DNA of 64,000 bases from Carcharhinus amblyrhynchos (lineage: Eukaryota): assembly GCA_965287045.1 (NCBI GenBank), contig OZ336885.1:64542001-64606000 (forward strand), in the 5' to 3' direction. Below are positions 1-13,420 of this stretch, in pieces. A program made the position numbers and the translations under genes. Positions within the stretch are counted from its first letter, which is position 1, and the number at the start of each line of letters is the position of its first letter. The notes under the pieces were generated by a model. It had not been told where the DNA came from and made no database searches. It worked only from the letters and a program-made list of their open reading frames with translations.

Positions 1-2060
1 TTCAGGGTAAAGCTTTCGTCTTCCATTCCGATGGCAGAGAACGCACGTTCTGACAAGGTACCGGCAGCAAAACCTGCCTACCATCATCCATAACTACCCT
101 GCCCAATAAAAACACTCATAAGACCGATCACACCTCTTGTCCTGTATTTTCGTTACACACCAAAGAAAAACGTCACTGATTCTCAAAGTTCTGTGCCCAT
201 TTATATCCTGTTACCTCCTCAGCTCAACGGTGTTCACTCTACGAAGGATGCCGGACCCGAATCCTCTGACTTCCAACTTTATTCTCCCTTCCAGATACAG
301 AAACCATTACACACAGTTTCTTGTAATCATTACGCCCTGTAACAATTTTCTCCATCCATCTTGACCTCCCAGCGTACCATTCTTGATTCTTTATTTCGCC
401 ATTGATAAATCTCGCTTCAACTTTAGCCATCATAATTTATCTGCCCTCCTTGCTTGCTACAATCTTTCTCCTTGTGAAGATGGTGTGCTCGTTTCTCCTG
501 TACTGAATCCTGGTATTCTGATGAAACCTTTGGGGATCTTGGCTCACCATTGTTTTCTGCAATGTAGGCAAGTACCTCGCAAATGGAGAGTGTCAATAAT
601 CGGAAACTTTTTTTAAAATTCCAACGATATCATGACACAGCAACAGAAAACCCATGATTAATTTCTAGTTCCTTCATTGCCCTCATCAAAATTAAAGAAT
701 CCCTTCCACTTCGTCTTAACTTAACTTCCAGCTCACAGGCAACACTAATCCCTTCACTGTTCTGATTATACACGATAAGACATAATGTGCAGTCGGATTG
801 TAGTCGTAATTTCCTGCGCACATATCTAAGTTATTTATTATTGAGTATTCCCGTTATCCTGCTGCTCATGCTGTTTACACAAACGTTCACGATCATTCTG
901 ATGCGGAGGAGGAACATAAAATATTATTGTTCTCGAGCGTTCAGTGTTTCCGCTTAATTGCGCACATTTAGTGCCTCTCGACACTCACGCGATGGGAACC
1001 TGATTGATCACTCCTTCTTCCTTCAGCGGAGAGTAAACGAATATGATAATTCTGCTCCGACTGGGTCAATTCGTTTTGCGACTCAACAATAACAAATGTA
1101 CCACGTATTATTCTACGCAAATACGATGACGGGTTCTACGTACCTGAGTTGGCCAACATTTTGCTCATCATCTCTGCTTCGGAACATCCGTCCTGCCAGT
1201 TCAAAGCAGGATCATTCGGGGGAACGACTTTAGAGCTGTCGTCATGTCAACGGTGGTGCTGACGCCGTTTAATGTTCTCGTTCTGACAGAAATGCTTTTT
1301 ATATTGCCTTCAAATTATCATCGCCCTCTACCACCCCAGTATCCAACTACAAAACTTCACTTATATTCCTCGAAATGTCATTCGCTAATTTGTCAAGTAG
1401 AATGAAAACCAGTATGAATTGCAAACCTTTTACTCATGCTAGTTCAATGGCTGCAGAGTCTCAGTCCTGCTGCCTTTAAGGCCACAATCCATTCTTCACT
1501 GTGTTTCCATTGGCACGATTTGTGAACGCAATTCATAATTACATGTTTACGTTCTCCTGAGTGATGTTTTCTCCCGAAGTTGTCCGAGCGCCATTGACGG
1601 AACACGAATCCGAATGGCTCGTAACAGTTTCTGCAATTTATGCCTCATCAATTGTACTCCATTGCTGATACATGACAACATGTACTCCGTTACTTTCCAC
1701 CCGGAATCCTGTGACTAGAAAGAACCATCCTCCACCAAATTTATCTTGTTTCCAAATTTGAATACACATTGCCAGACCTCCTTCTGTATGCCACAGGTAC
1801 CATCCATGTGATACTGATGCATAATTGCAGCGAGCAAAAATACTCAGCCCCTTGCCATCGTAGATATTGTTGCAATGACAGCAAGTGTCAAACCAACCCC
1901 TTCAACTAATCCATCCACATCGCACGGGTAATCGAAAAATATTTTCAGGTGATCCAATGGCTCACCTCCTTGAAATTTCTCCCATATGTTCGCATTCCCA
2001 GCGCGACTTCCACCACAATGGAAGTGTGAACTGGACCGTCGCGTTACTTGTAATTCAAAC
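1..2060 (+). mobile_element. Highly decayed Penelope-like retroelement
   Basis: C/T-rich plus strand resembling remembered chondrichthyan Penelope RT and GIY-YIG segments (e.g. ttcaggtgatccaatggctcacct); no intact ORF. Confidence 0.45.
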
Positions 2061-2454
2061 GAATTCGTCTCCTGTTTTCCTGAACTGCATGGCATTTGTC
2101 TCTGGTACTGCTAAAGTGAAGCCAAGCCCAAATGCGGAGATATAAACTATTCTTCTTATCTTGGCGTCACAAGCTATTAAGTTCAACATTAATTTCCTAA
2201 AAAGAAAAATAGACTGAATTATTTTCTCCTTCATCAGAACCAATATTATTTTAGCACTTGTAAAACAAAATGCGAAAGAAAACCTGTCCCACTTCCACGC
2301 TGGAGCATATTGTCACTTCTTATTATGTTGTCATTTCACTGGACATGGGCGGTTGCCCCACTAGCAACATTTTATGACGTGCCATATTACGGACAGATAT
2401 CTGCTCCCAATCTCTGAATTTCAACAGTGTTCCAGCGGTTGCAAACCATTTAGT

Positions 2455-4540
2455 CCATAAAACATTGGTCCAGAATTAAGCCACTCGGCCCATCCAGTCT
2501 TCTCCACTATTCAACCGTGGCTGATATTTTTCACATTCCCATTCTCCTGGCTTTTCTCCATCACCCCTGATCCCCTTACTGATCAAGAAACGATGTATCT
2601 CTATCTTAAAGACATTTAAACACCTGGCCTCCACAGCCTTCTGCCACAAAGAGTTCCACAGATTCGCCACTCTCTGGTTGAAGAAATTCCTCCGTATCTC
2701 TATTCTAAAGGATAGTTCATTCAGCCTGAGGTTGTGCCCTCCTTTTTTTTCTACAAGTGGAAACATCTCCTCCACGTCCACTTAATCCAGGCCTCGAAGT
2801 TACCTGCAACTTTCAATAGGATCCCCCTCATCCTTCCAAACTCAAGCAATTCAGACTAAGAACCCTTAACCATTCCTTATCCGAAAAGCTCTTCCTGACA
2901 GCCATCATTCGTGTGAACCTCCTCTGGACCCTTTCCAAAGCCAGCTCATCCTTCCTTTCACGTGGAGCCCAAAACTGCTCACAATACTCCAAATTGGGTC
3001 TGGCCAGAACCTGATACATCCCTGGTCTTGCACTCTAATCCTCTGGACGTGAATGCAACATTACATGTTCCTCCCTATCTGCCGACTGAAACTACGTGTT
3101 TACTTTAAGGGAATCCTGAAAATGGTACGAAAGTCCCGTTTTGTTTCTGAATTCCTAATCCATTCCCCATTTAGTAAATAGTGTACACCTTCATTCCTTC
3201 TTCCAAAGTACATAACCTCACACTTTTCCACATTGTATTCCATTTGCCATTCTTTGCCCACTCTCCTAACCCGTCGAAGCCTTTCCGCAATCCCCCTGTT
3301 TTCTCAAGGCTACCTGTTCCTGTACATATTTTTGTATCATCTGCAAACTTAGTGACAGTTCCTTCAGTTCCTCCGTCGAAATCGTAAACGTATATTGCGA
3401 AATGTTATGGTCCCAGCACTGACCTCAAAGACACACAAGTCACGGGCTTCTATCCTGAAATAAAAATATTTATCAAACAATCCTCTATCCATACCCGGAT
3501 ATTACCCTTAACAGCATGAGCTCTTAATTGAGTTAAACCACCTTTGCAGCACTGTGTCACGTGGCTTTTGGAAATCTAAATAAACATCGAACGTTGAACA
3601 GTACAGCACAGAACAAACCCTGCGACCCTCGATGTTGCGCCGACCTAACTCCGAGCCAAAGATCGAGCGATCCCACTCCCTTTCATTCTGAAGCCATTTC
3701 CACGTCATCTCCTTCAGCGAAGGTCCTTGTTACCTCGTCAAATATCTCTGAGATTTATTGGACATGGCCTCTCCTTGACAAGGCCGCGCTGACTCAGTCC
3801 TAATTTATTATGGACTTCCAAGTTCTCTGCGATCTCATCTTTAATAGTGGATTCTAAAATCCAATGACTGAAATCAGGCTAAATGATCTATAATTCCGTG
3901 TTTCCTACTTCCCTCCCTTCTTAAATAGCGGCGTTATATTAGCTTATTTCCTCTGGTACCCTCCCTGCTTCCAATGATTCTTGAAAAATCACCAACAATG
4001 TCTCCAAAAGTTCGTCACTTATCTCTTTGGGAAGATTGGGGTGCAACGCATCCTTTGCAGGTGATTTATCCAGATTCAGTCCTTTCAGTGTACCCAGAAA
4101 TTTCTGCTTCGTGATGGCAACTACACTCAACTGTTCTATTCTGACATTTCTGGAGCTCTGGATACAAATATGATTTTATGTTTGGAACTAGCTTATACTC
4201 TTCTCCTCTTTTATTTCTTTTTTGTTCTTTTTCTCTGCTCGCTTTTAAAGGCTCCACAATCCTCTGGCTTCCCACGAATCACTGACTCGTTGTATGTTTT
4301 TCTTTTGCTTTCATGTGACCCTTGACTTATCTCATCTGCCACGAATGTATTGTAATCTCATAAGCATGCTTCCTCCTCATTGTGATGAATTTCTGTTGTA
4401 CTCCCGAATAACTCTCCAAAAAAACAGCCATTGTTGTTCCATTTTCTTCCCTGCGAGGCTTTCCAATCAACTCTAGCCAGCTCTCCATCACGTCTTTTCA
4501 CGCCGACCATGTTTATTGTAATTCTGCCCTTATATGTTCC
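2455..4540 (-). mobile_element. Decayed CR1 LINE (ORF2 RT to 3' end)
   Basis: ORF pieces LDKSPAKDALHP, YLDFQK, RPNLEYCEQFWAP, RRNFFNQRVANLWNSL; extra short tail fragment at ~3580-3680. Confidence 0.92.
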
Positions 4541-4567
4541 TTTTCTGTCTCCGGAATGCATAATTAC

Positions 4568-4633
4568 CTTTGCGATTCCACAACTTAATTTCATGCAGGC
4601 CAACATTGAAGTTATGTTTCTCCTTAGTTTTCT
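4568..4633 (-). CDS. 66-nt phase-1 exon, (E)KTKEKHNFNVGLHEIKLWNRK
   Basis: tgatttcttcag|AGAAAACT...CGCAAAG|gtaatt; duplicate of 7225-7290 with no indel or stop. Confidence 0.6.
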
Positions 4634-6240
4634 CTGAAGAAATCACAAGTATTCGAAATATACTCCCTCCGAATAGTGATTCACACGTCCTGCTGAGATC
4701 TCCAGGGTTTTTTTATTATTTGTTTGGATTCCTCCATTGATTTGTTTGGACAAAATAGACTAAATTTTCTTTACTTATGCCAGGGACTAATGGGCTGACA
4801 TCTGCAATATTGTCTACACTATAGGTCTAATGATAGAAGTGATAATGCAGTTCAAACAATTCAGAGAATAAACACTGCACTAATAACATGGGATGGAGGT
4901 TTTGACACATGCAAAATTTTGGGCAAACTAGGATGAATTTACAGGCGTTTCGTACAAGAAGAGTGAAAGTCAATGTAAGATTCCAGTTCATGAGCAGTTG
5001 TGAGGGAAAGGAAGTGAAGTGGATAAGTCCTCTTGTGCGATAATCTGGAACCAAAGTAACGTCTTATAAATATGCAATCGCTTGCATGTGACAGGGATTA
5101 TTCGTTTCCTCTTTATATGGGGACATAAAAACTTAGGGCTTTGGAGCTGAAGTAACTGATACAGGTGGCGGAGCCTTCTGCTTCATTTAATCCACCAATG
5201 ACCTATTTCTTCCTGCTGTCAGATCGAGCTGGTTACCTGTTCCTCATGTTCGTTATGAATTTAAATTTTTAGACAAGAAATACACCTATGTAGTTCTTGA
5301 AGAAAAAGCTTTAGGGTCGTTTGTGCTATGGGGCACAGAATTTCACAATATCACGACCATATGCGAGAATTAATTGCAACTCACATCGGTTTGAAATTCC
5401 ACGTTTCTCAATATGCAAATTTGAGCCTTATTTTCGAACAGTTTTCTGAAACTTCCTCAGTATCTTCCAAAAAACGAATTTAGAATAGTTTTATTTTTAT
5501 TTCTTTGTGAATAGGCATCCATTTTTTCCAACAAAAGCTCGTCCATTATCAATGGCAGGTGGATTCAGGTTTGTGGTTACAAATCAGAACAGATACGAAC
5601 CAATCAAACGATGAAGATTATCTGTGGGGGGGGGGGGGGGGTGGAGAGCGGGGGAGGGTGCGGGGGGACTGACTGTTCAAAATTATCCAGAGTTTTTGGT
5701 AGACTAATGAAATATATCTGCAGTGATTTAAAAGCCAAACCCAACTGGAAAAGCAGAAACTAAAACAAAATGCATACATTCAATTGATGAAAAGGAAATG
5801 ATGTCCCTTCCAATCTGAAATATACACTAAATTTCAACTTTTGATGGTAACCCATCAAGGATGAAAAACGAAACATTCCAGCACAATGAATAAAAATGTC
5901 ACTATTTAATGTTTGAGCTTCTATGTTTGCGACGCAATTGTAGAAACCCTACACTGTGCTTTAGTCATTTTTTTGCCCAGTATCGGTATGGTATTAAAGA
6001 TGAATTATTAACTGTCTCGTTTGAGTGAACATGTGGAAGCCGGCAGATTAATCGATATAATTACTTCAAAATAATGACGCTAGACAATTATTATTTAAGT
6101 ACGTTAGTAACAATTGAAATATTTACCCCATTGAAAAGTTCAAACAGTCAACAGTTATTCTTTATTTTGCAAAATGTCTTATCCCTTCCAACAGCTAATT
6201 CAAGTAACCAAATCATCATGCAGCTAAATCACATACTTTT

Positions 6241-6590
6241 AGAACAAAGAACAAAGAACAAAACAGTCCGAGAAACAGGCCTTTCGGCCCAACGAGCCTG
6301 CGCCGCCATTTTAACTCCGCCAGTGACCCCCCCCCCCCCCCCAAACCATGACCCTCATCTATTGTTTTATGGCTATCCACATTGAGGGAAACTAATTTAG
6401 GGACAATTTATTACTGCCAAGCTGCTTAATAGCACATCTGTGGGGTGTGGGAGGAAACCGGAGCACCCGGAGAAAACGCACGCAAGCACTGAGAGAATGC
6501 GCAAACTCCCACAGGCACTGGCCCAAACCCATGTATCTCCACAGCAAACAGTGATAGTCACTGAACTGTCGTCTTGCCCAGCATTTGGTC
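6241..6590 (-). mobile_element. HE1-like tRNA-derived SINE
   Basis: ggaggaaaccggagcacccggagaaaacgcacgca core; (agaacaa)n tail. Confidence 0.85.
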
Positions 6591-7154
6591 CCGTTTAAGC
6601 ACACACTAACGACATGAAGCACTAGGCCAATCTCGAACAACCAAGAGAAGCCCAAGTAGGACCCATCGCGTGTAATGGATTTCCATTTGTATCAAAGGAA
6701 AAAAAACATAATAATTAAACTGTTGGGATAATGAGTTGCATCCATCGCCATTGCTGTGGCTGGGGCTGGGTGCCTCAAACGTCCGTGGACACTCCCTCCT
6801 GGAATGTCAGAAAACAATTGTGCCGCAATTGTTCCTGCATACATTGACTTTTTTTTTATGGCGTCCTTGACGTATTCGTCAGCCACGGGAACCTTGTCCT
6901 CCCATTAGTATGCTTCTCCTTCATTGGGATGAATTTCTGTTGTGCCTCCCGAATAACTCTCTAAAAAAAAACCTTCCATTGTTGTTCCACTGTCTTCCCT
7001 GCTAGGCTCCCTTCCAAATCAACTCTGGCCAGCGCTTCCTCATGTCTTTCTATTACGAACGTGTTGATTGTAATATGTCCTCTTTTATACACCTTTTCTG
7101 TCTCCAAATTCATATTCCGCCCCATATCATGACTACTGCTCGGGAGTGGGGGCT

Positions 7155-7205
7155 GTGTGTGTGTGTGTATGTGTGTGTGTGTGGGCGGGGGGGGGGGGGG
7201 GGGGG
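7155..7205. repeat. (GT)n microsatellite followed by poly-G
   Basis: Read directly; lies ~20 nt inside the intron from the 7225 donor. Confidence 0.95.
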
Positions 7206-7224
7206 AGGTTGTTCAAAAAACTAC

Positions 7225-7290
7225 CTTTGCGATTCCGCAACTCGGTTTCATGCAGGGCAACATTGAAGTAAACTTTCTCCTTAGTTTTCT
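7225..7290 (-). CDS. 66-nt phase-1 exon, (K)KTKEKVYFNVALHETELRNRK
   Basis: tgatttcttcag|AGAAAACT...CGCAAAG|gtagtt; open frame; same length as its duplicate; donor is weak. Confidence 0.6.
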
Positions 7291-8889
7291 CTGAAGAAAT
7301 CAGAAGTACTCAAAATATACCCCTCTAAAATGTGATTCCCCCGTCCTGCTGAAATCCCAGTTTTGTTGTGTCCTTTTTTTTTTGACTTGCTGGGATTCCT
7401 GCATTTTGTTTTTTGACAAAATAGATGAACGTTCTTTTTCTTATTATACCAGGCACTAATGGGCTGAAATCTGCAATACGGTGCACACCATAGCTCTAAT
7501 TATAGAAGTGCTAATGCAGATGACACAATTCAGAGAGTATTCACTGCACGAATACCGAGGATGAAGGTTTTACCTCATGCAAAATTTTGGGCAAACCAAG
7601 ATGAATTTACTGCCGTTTATTACAGCAAGAGTGAATTTCAGTGCAACATTCCAGTTTATGAAGGTTTCTGAGAGAAAGGAGGTGAAGTAGATAAGTCCTC
7701 TCGCGTGTTCATCTGGAACCAACGGAACTTCTTATAAATATGCAATCGTCAATCTATAGCAGAGATTAGTCATTTCCTCTTTATATCAGGACGCAATACG
7801 TTCGGAGTTTGGAGCTGAAGTCGCCGATTCAGGTGTTTGACCCTTCTGCTTCATTCAGTCCAACAATGGCTTATTTCTTCCCGCTGCTAGAGCGAGCTAG
7901 CTACTTGCTCCCCATGTTATTTATGTACGTACTTATTTTTTTAGACTCAAAATATGCCTTTCTATTCCTTGAAAAAAAAACACGATTCAGGGTCCTTTGT
8001 ATTATGGGGCAACGAGTTTCAAAATTTGACTACCTTTTGCCGAGAATTAATTGCAACTCACCTCAGTTTGAAATTCCACTTTTCTCAATATGCAAATTTG
8101 AGCTTTGTTTTCAACTAGTGTTCTGAATCTTTCTCAGTATCTTCCAAAATACGAATTCGTTAGAGTGTTACTGTTGTTTCTTTATGAATAGGTATCCATT
8201 TTTTGAACGAAATGCTGGTCAATTATCAGTGACAGGTGGATGCAGATTTGTGGTTAAAATCAGAACAGATATGAGCCGATCAAACGATGAAGATTATATT
8301 GGTGGATGTGGGTGGGGTTGGGGGGAGAGGCGGAGGTGAAGGATCGAATGTTCAAAATTGTTCCAGCGTTTTGTAAAATGATGAGATATATCTGCAGTGG
8401 TTTAAAAGCCAAACCTCACTGGAAAAGCAGAAAAAAAACTCAGACATTCAGTCAATATGTACTGATTTTCAACTTTTGATGTTAACTGTCAAGAATGCAA
8501 AAAAAAAGTAACGTTCCAGCACAATGACCACAAATGTCATTAGTTCATACTTGAGCTTCTATGTTTGCCACGAATTTATAGAAACGCTACACTGTTCATA
8601 AGTCACTTTTTTTTATATACAACAACCGCGCAACCTTTGCCCAGGATCGGTATATTAAAGATAAATTGCTGACTGCATTGTTTGAGTGAACATGTGGAAG
8701 CTGGTAGAACAATCGATATACGTGCTTCAAAAAAACGATGCTTGACAATTATTATTTATGTACGATAGCAACAATTGGAATAGTTACCCATTGTGATGTT
8801 CAAGCAGTCCACATTTATTCTTTCCTTTGTGTTATCTCCTCCAACATGAAATTCGAGTAACCAAATAAACATGGAGTTAATTCACTTAC

Positions 8890-8916
8890 TTGTCTCGATT
8901 TCTTCCGACTCTTTCT
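8890..8916 (-). CDS. 27-nt phase-1 micro-exon, (K)KESEEIET
   Basis: cttttgcctcgacag-type acceptor|AGAAAGAGTCGGAAGAAATCGAGACAA|gtaagt. Confidence 0.75.
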
Positions 8917-10898
8917 CTGTCGAGGCAAAAAGTACACACACAAGATATACTACTGGATGTCCATTTGTAACAAAGGGAAAAAATGGAATAATTAAACTGC
9001 TTGAATAATGGCTTGCATCCATTGCTGGTGCTGGGGATGGGTGCTGCAAATGTTGGTGGACACTCCCTCCTGGAATGTCACAAAAAAAATTGTGCCGCAA
9101 TTGTCCAGCAGCTGGAAGTTGTCATTCGCAAGTTTCCAGTCCTAAAAAAAGCGAATCAAATTTTAAATTATAGCGATTCAGACGTGTTTACATTAATACT
9201 TACTGTTAAATAGATGGAAATAATAAGACTGCTACCCACCTCCAAATAAATATTTGTATTATGCAGCAACATTCCTACATAAAGGTCCTTTACCTGCCGA
9301 AATCGGACGAGATTCCACGACACATCTAAAAGTTAGGTCCACCCTTCCCCGAGGACATAATCGACTGGCTTTAGTTATGATCTTCATCGATCTGAACAGG
9401 GATATTCCCCGCTTTCCAACATGGTCGGGTTCCACTGCACAAGTAAACTTGATTCATCTGGAGCTTTCTTCTCAGAATAAACCTAACCTGACAAATTAAA
9501 AATGATAACACCCCGCCCAAAACACTCCAACTCCAATTTGGCCTGAACAACAAAACCCACATCGAAGCTCCCACATCCCAGAGATTCCCCTCAACCCAAA
9601 CGATTCGAAATAACGTTGCACTCACCACTACATTACATCACAAAATACTCAAAATCAATAATGAACTGTCCGTTAATTCATCATCCAGATGCGTCTCATA
9701 TCCGAAGACCAAAGGCACGCCACCCCTTCATCGCGCTGTTGCCTGAGGCACCCGCAACCTCCCAAGCACCAAACACGTGACTTTAACCCTTCTGTAGCGC
9801 CATCAGTTCGTCTTTCAGGAATTGAAATTTTAAGGCAATTTTTCATTGCCTGATACAGTTTTGTGGTCCGCTAAACTGCGGCTTTAAAATATTCTGCCGC
9901 TGTATTGGCGACCCACGAGACTGCCTGGGCTTTATTGGGCTTCAGTCAGGGAGATCATTTGATAGACTAACTTCGGATTTCTCCTTTCATGAAGACGAAT
10001 TCCCGTTCTTGCTCTTCTCATCCAACACAATGTGAATTTTTGAAAACAGCATCCTGCATCCTTGTCTTTTTTTTTCATTCAAGGTAAATTTTGCGAAATT
10101 TTGAATCTCCAGAATATCAGAGAAACTTTTTGAGGGAGGATGCATATCATAACACTGCAATAGTAGTTCCAACTCCTCTACATGTGACAGGCAATGATTT
10201 TCAATATTGCAGGCAGGCATTTCAGCTGACAAGAATGTCTGGAAGTTCCTGACAGTATGAATTATAATTGGAGTTGTGACATATCTCTACTACAATCGCC
10301 TATTGTAGCCTATCGGATTCCGAAAAGATTGAACACCGAACTCCTGTTTTTTTTTCTGCGAAAATGCTCTTACGATCTAAGAACATTCCACCCAACAGCC
10401 ACGAAATCTTCCAAAGCACCCAAGTTGCAATAGGAATCCGCCGTCCTGTATATCTTCAATTGCCCGACGATAGTATTTGTGCCAATTGCTCCTCGGAAAT
10501 TGTGGCCAAATGGAATACATAAAACATCAGTTGGCTAGTCGACGAAACGATTGCCGGTGGAAAATAACATGCCTTTCACGCGAACAACAGGTTATTCAAA
10601 CGTGCTGATTGGGCATTTGGATTTGCACTGGAACGCTTTCCCACTTTAGTGCATGAGTCATTATCACAGTACTTTTCTTGTTTGAGTGAACACGTGGAAG
10701 CTGGTAAAATAATCGATATACTCGCTTCAAAATAACGATGCTTGACAATTATTATTCATGTACCGTAGCAAAAATTGCATTAGTTACCCCATTGCGATGT
10801 TCAAGCAGCCCACATTGATTCTTTCCTGTTACCAATATATTTTCTCTTACGAACATGAAATTCAAGTAACCAAATCATCATGCAACTAAATCATTTAC

Positions 10899-10916
10899 TT
10901 TTCTCGATTTCCTTCT
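10899..10916 (-). CDS. 18-nt micro-exon copy with damaged acceptor, (K)KEIEK; possibly skipped
   Basis: gatgaagacttgacag|AGAAGGAAATCGAGAAAA|gtaaat; a deletion at ~10927 removed the polypyrimidine tract. Confidence 0.4.
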
Positions 10917-12471
10917 CTGTCAAGTCTTCATCGATCTGAACACGGGCATTCCCCGCTATGCAAACGGATCGCGTTCCACTGCACAACCATAATTACTTCA
11001 CCAGGAGTTTCCTCAGAAATATAACTAAACCTGCAAATTAAAAATGAGAGCACACTGCCCCAAAAACTCCCAGTACATTTTGCCCTGATCAACAAAAGCA
11101 GCATCGACGCTCCAAATTCACAGGGATTCCCCTCACCCCAAACCATTCGAAACAACTTTGCCCTCGCCCGTATAATACAACACAACATACACAAAATCCA
11201 CAATGAAATGTCTGATAATTCAGCATCAAGATGCGTCTCATATCCAAAGACCAAATGCGTGTCGTCCTTTCATCGCTTCGATGCATGAACGGCCTCCCCA
11301 GATGGGCCCATCCGCAACCTCGCAGGGATCAAACACAAAACTTTAACTCTTGTCTAGCTTCATCACTTCGGCTTTGACCAATTGGAAGTTTAATGCAATT
11401 TATCATTATCTGATGCAGTTTTGTGTTCCGCTAAACGGCGGCTTTAAAAGTTACTGCCGCTGTGGTGGCGACCCACTCGACGGTGTGGGCTTTATTGGGG
11501 TTCTTTCAGGGAGATCAATTGACAACGCAAAGTCGGATTTCTGCTTTCATCAAAATAAACTCCTGTTCGCGCTCTTGTCATCCAACACAAGTGAATATTT
11601 GGAAAACAGCATCATGCCTTTTTTTAAATTCTCTTTTTGTTTCATCCAAGGCAAATTTTGCGAACTTTTGAACCTCCAGAATATCAGAGAATCCTCTGAT
11701 AAGGAGAATGCATGTCACAGCAGTGCAATCGTAGTTACAACTCTTATAAATCTGTGACAGTCACTTCCTTTTTTAAAATTACAGGTCGGCATTTCAGCTG
11801 ACAAAAGTATCTGCAATTTCTGAAACTGTGAGTTATAATGAAAATTGGGACATGTCTCTACTACAATCGCTCATTGTAGCCTATCGGATTCCAAAAAGGT
11901 TCAGCACCTAACTCCTGTTTTCTCTGAAAATGTCCATTTACAGTCTTAAGAAAATTGGACCCAACAACCACAACATTCTTCGGAAGAACTCGCATTGCAA
12001 AAGGAATAACGTGGTCCTGCATATCTTTAATTGCCCGACGATAGTAATTGTGTCAATTGTTCCTTGGACATTGTAACCAAATGAAATAAATAATGCATCC
12101 CTTGACGAGTCGGCGAAACGATTACCGGTGGAAAATAACATGCCTTTGACGCGAACAACAAGTTATTCAAATGTGCTGACTAGGCATTTGTATTTGCACT
12201 GGACTGCTTTCCTCTTCAGTGTATGTGTCGCTATCGCAGTACGTTTTTTTTTTGTCTGAGTGAACACGTGGAAGCTGGTAGAATAATCAATATACTTGCT
12301 TCAAAACAACGATGCTTGACAATTATTATGTATGCACCTTAGCAACAATTGCAATAGTTACCCCATTGCGATGTTCAAGCAGTCCACGTTTACACTTTCC
12401 TTTGCAAAACATCTTATCCCTTCCAACATGAAATTCAAGTAACCAAATCATCATGCAGCTCAATCACTTAC

Positions 12472-12489
12472 TTTTCTCTGTTTCTTTCT
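12472..12489 (-). CDS. 18-nt phase-1 micro-exon, (K)KETEK
   Basis: tttttgccttgacag|AGAAAGAAACAGAGAAAA|gtaagt. Confidence 0.7.
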
Positions 12490-13402
12490 CTGTCAAGGCA
12501 AAAATTAAATTGACAAGATACAATGATGGTTGTCCATTTGAAACAAAGGAAAAATAAAGCAATGATTAAACTGCTTGAATTTGGCTGGCAACCATCGCAT
12601 TTGCTGGCGCTGGGGTGATGTGCCCCAAATGTGCGAGGGAGAACGGATATCATAACAATGCAATAGTCGTTCTAACTCTTCGATATCTGTGACAGACAGT
12701 GATTTTCAAAATTACAGGCAGGCATTTCAGCTGACAAAAAAATCTGCAAGTTTCTGCAACTTTGAGTTATAATTAGAATTGTGATATATCTCTACGACAA
12801 TTGCTTATTGTAGCCTAACGGATTCCGAAAAGAATTAACACCTAATTCCTGTTTTCTATGAAAATGCCCACTTACTGTGTTAGGAAAATTACACCCAAGA
12901 ACCACGACATTTTTCAAAAGAGTTCACATTGCCATAGGAATCGCGTGGTCCTGTATATCATCACTTGCCCGAGGATAGTATTAGCGCCAATTGCTCGTTG
13001 GGCATTGTAGCCATATGGAATACATAAAACATTCCTTGACTAGTCGATGAAACGATTGCCGGTGGAAAATAGCATGCCTTTGACGCGAACAACAGGTTAT
13101 TCAAATGTATTGACTGGGCATTTGTATTTGCACTGCACCGCATTCCTACTTCAGTGTACGTGTCGTTATCACAGTACTCTTCTTGTTTGAGTGAACACGT
13201 GGAAGCTGGTAGAAGAATCGATATACTCGCTTCAAAGTAAAGATGCTTGACAATTATTATTTATGTACCTTAGCAACAATTACAATATTTACCCCATTGC
13301 GACGTTCAAGCAGTCCACATTTATTTTTTCCTTTGCAAAACATCTCATCGCTTCCAACATGAAATTCAAGTAAGCAAATCATCATGTAGCCAAATCACTT
13401 AC

Positions 13403-13420
13403 TTTCCTCTGTTTCTTTCT
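13403..13420 (-). CDS. 18-nt phase-1 micro-exon, (K)KETEE
   Basis: tttttgcctttacag|AGAAAGAAACAGAGGAAA|gtaagt. Confidence 0.7.

Larger units (their letters stand above)
4295..9107. repeat. Tandem duplication of ~2.3-2.5 kb (4295-6836 and 6845-9107), each copy with a 66-nt exon
   Basis: Collinear matches such as gatgaatttctgttgt (~4384/~6928), cttataaatatgcaatcg (~5063/~7731), atcaaacgatgaagattat (~5603/~8279). Confidence 0.9.

Noticed and set aside
2189-2215. Strong acceptor that would end the protein as ...RKGN*
   Set aside because: Not conserved in the block C paralog (~54680) and no other support; left as unproven.
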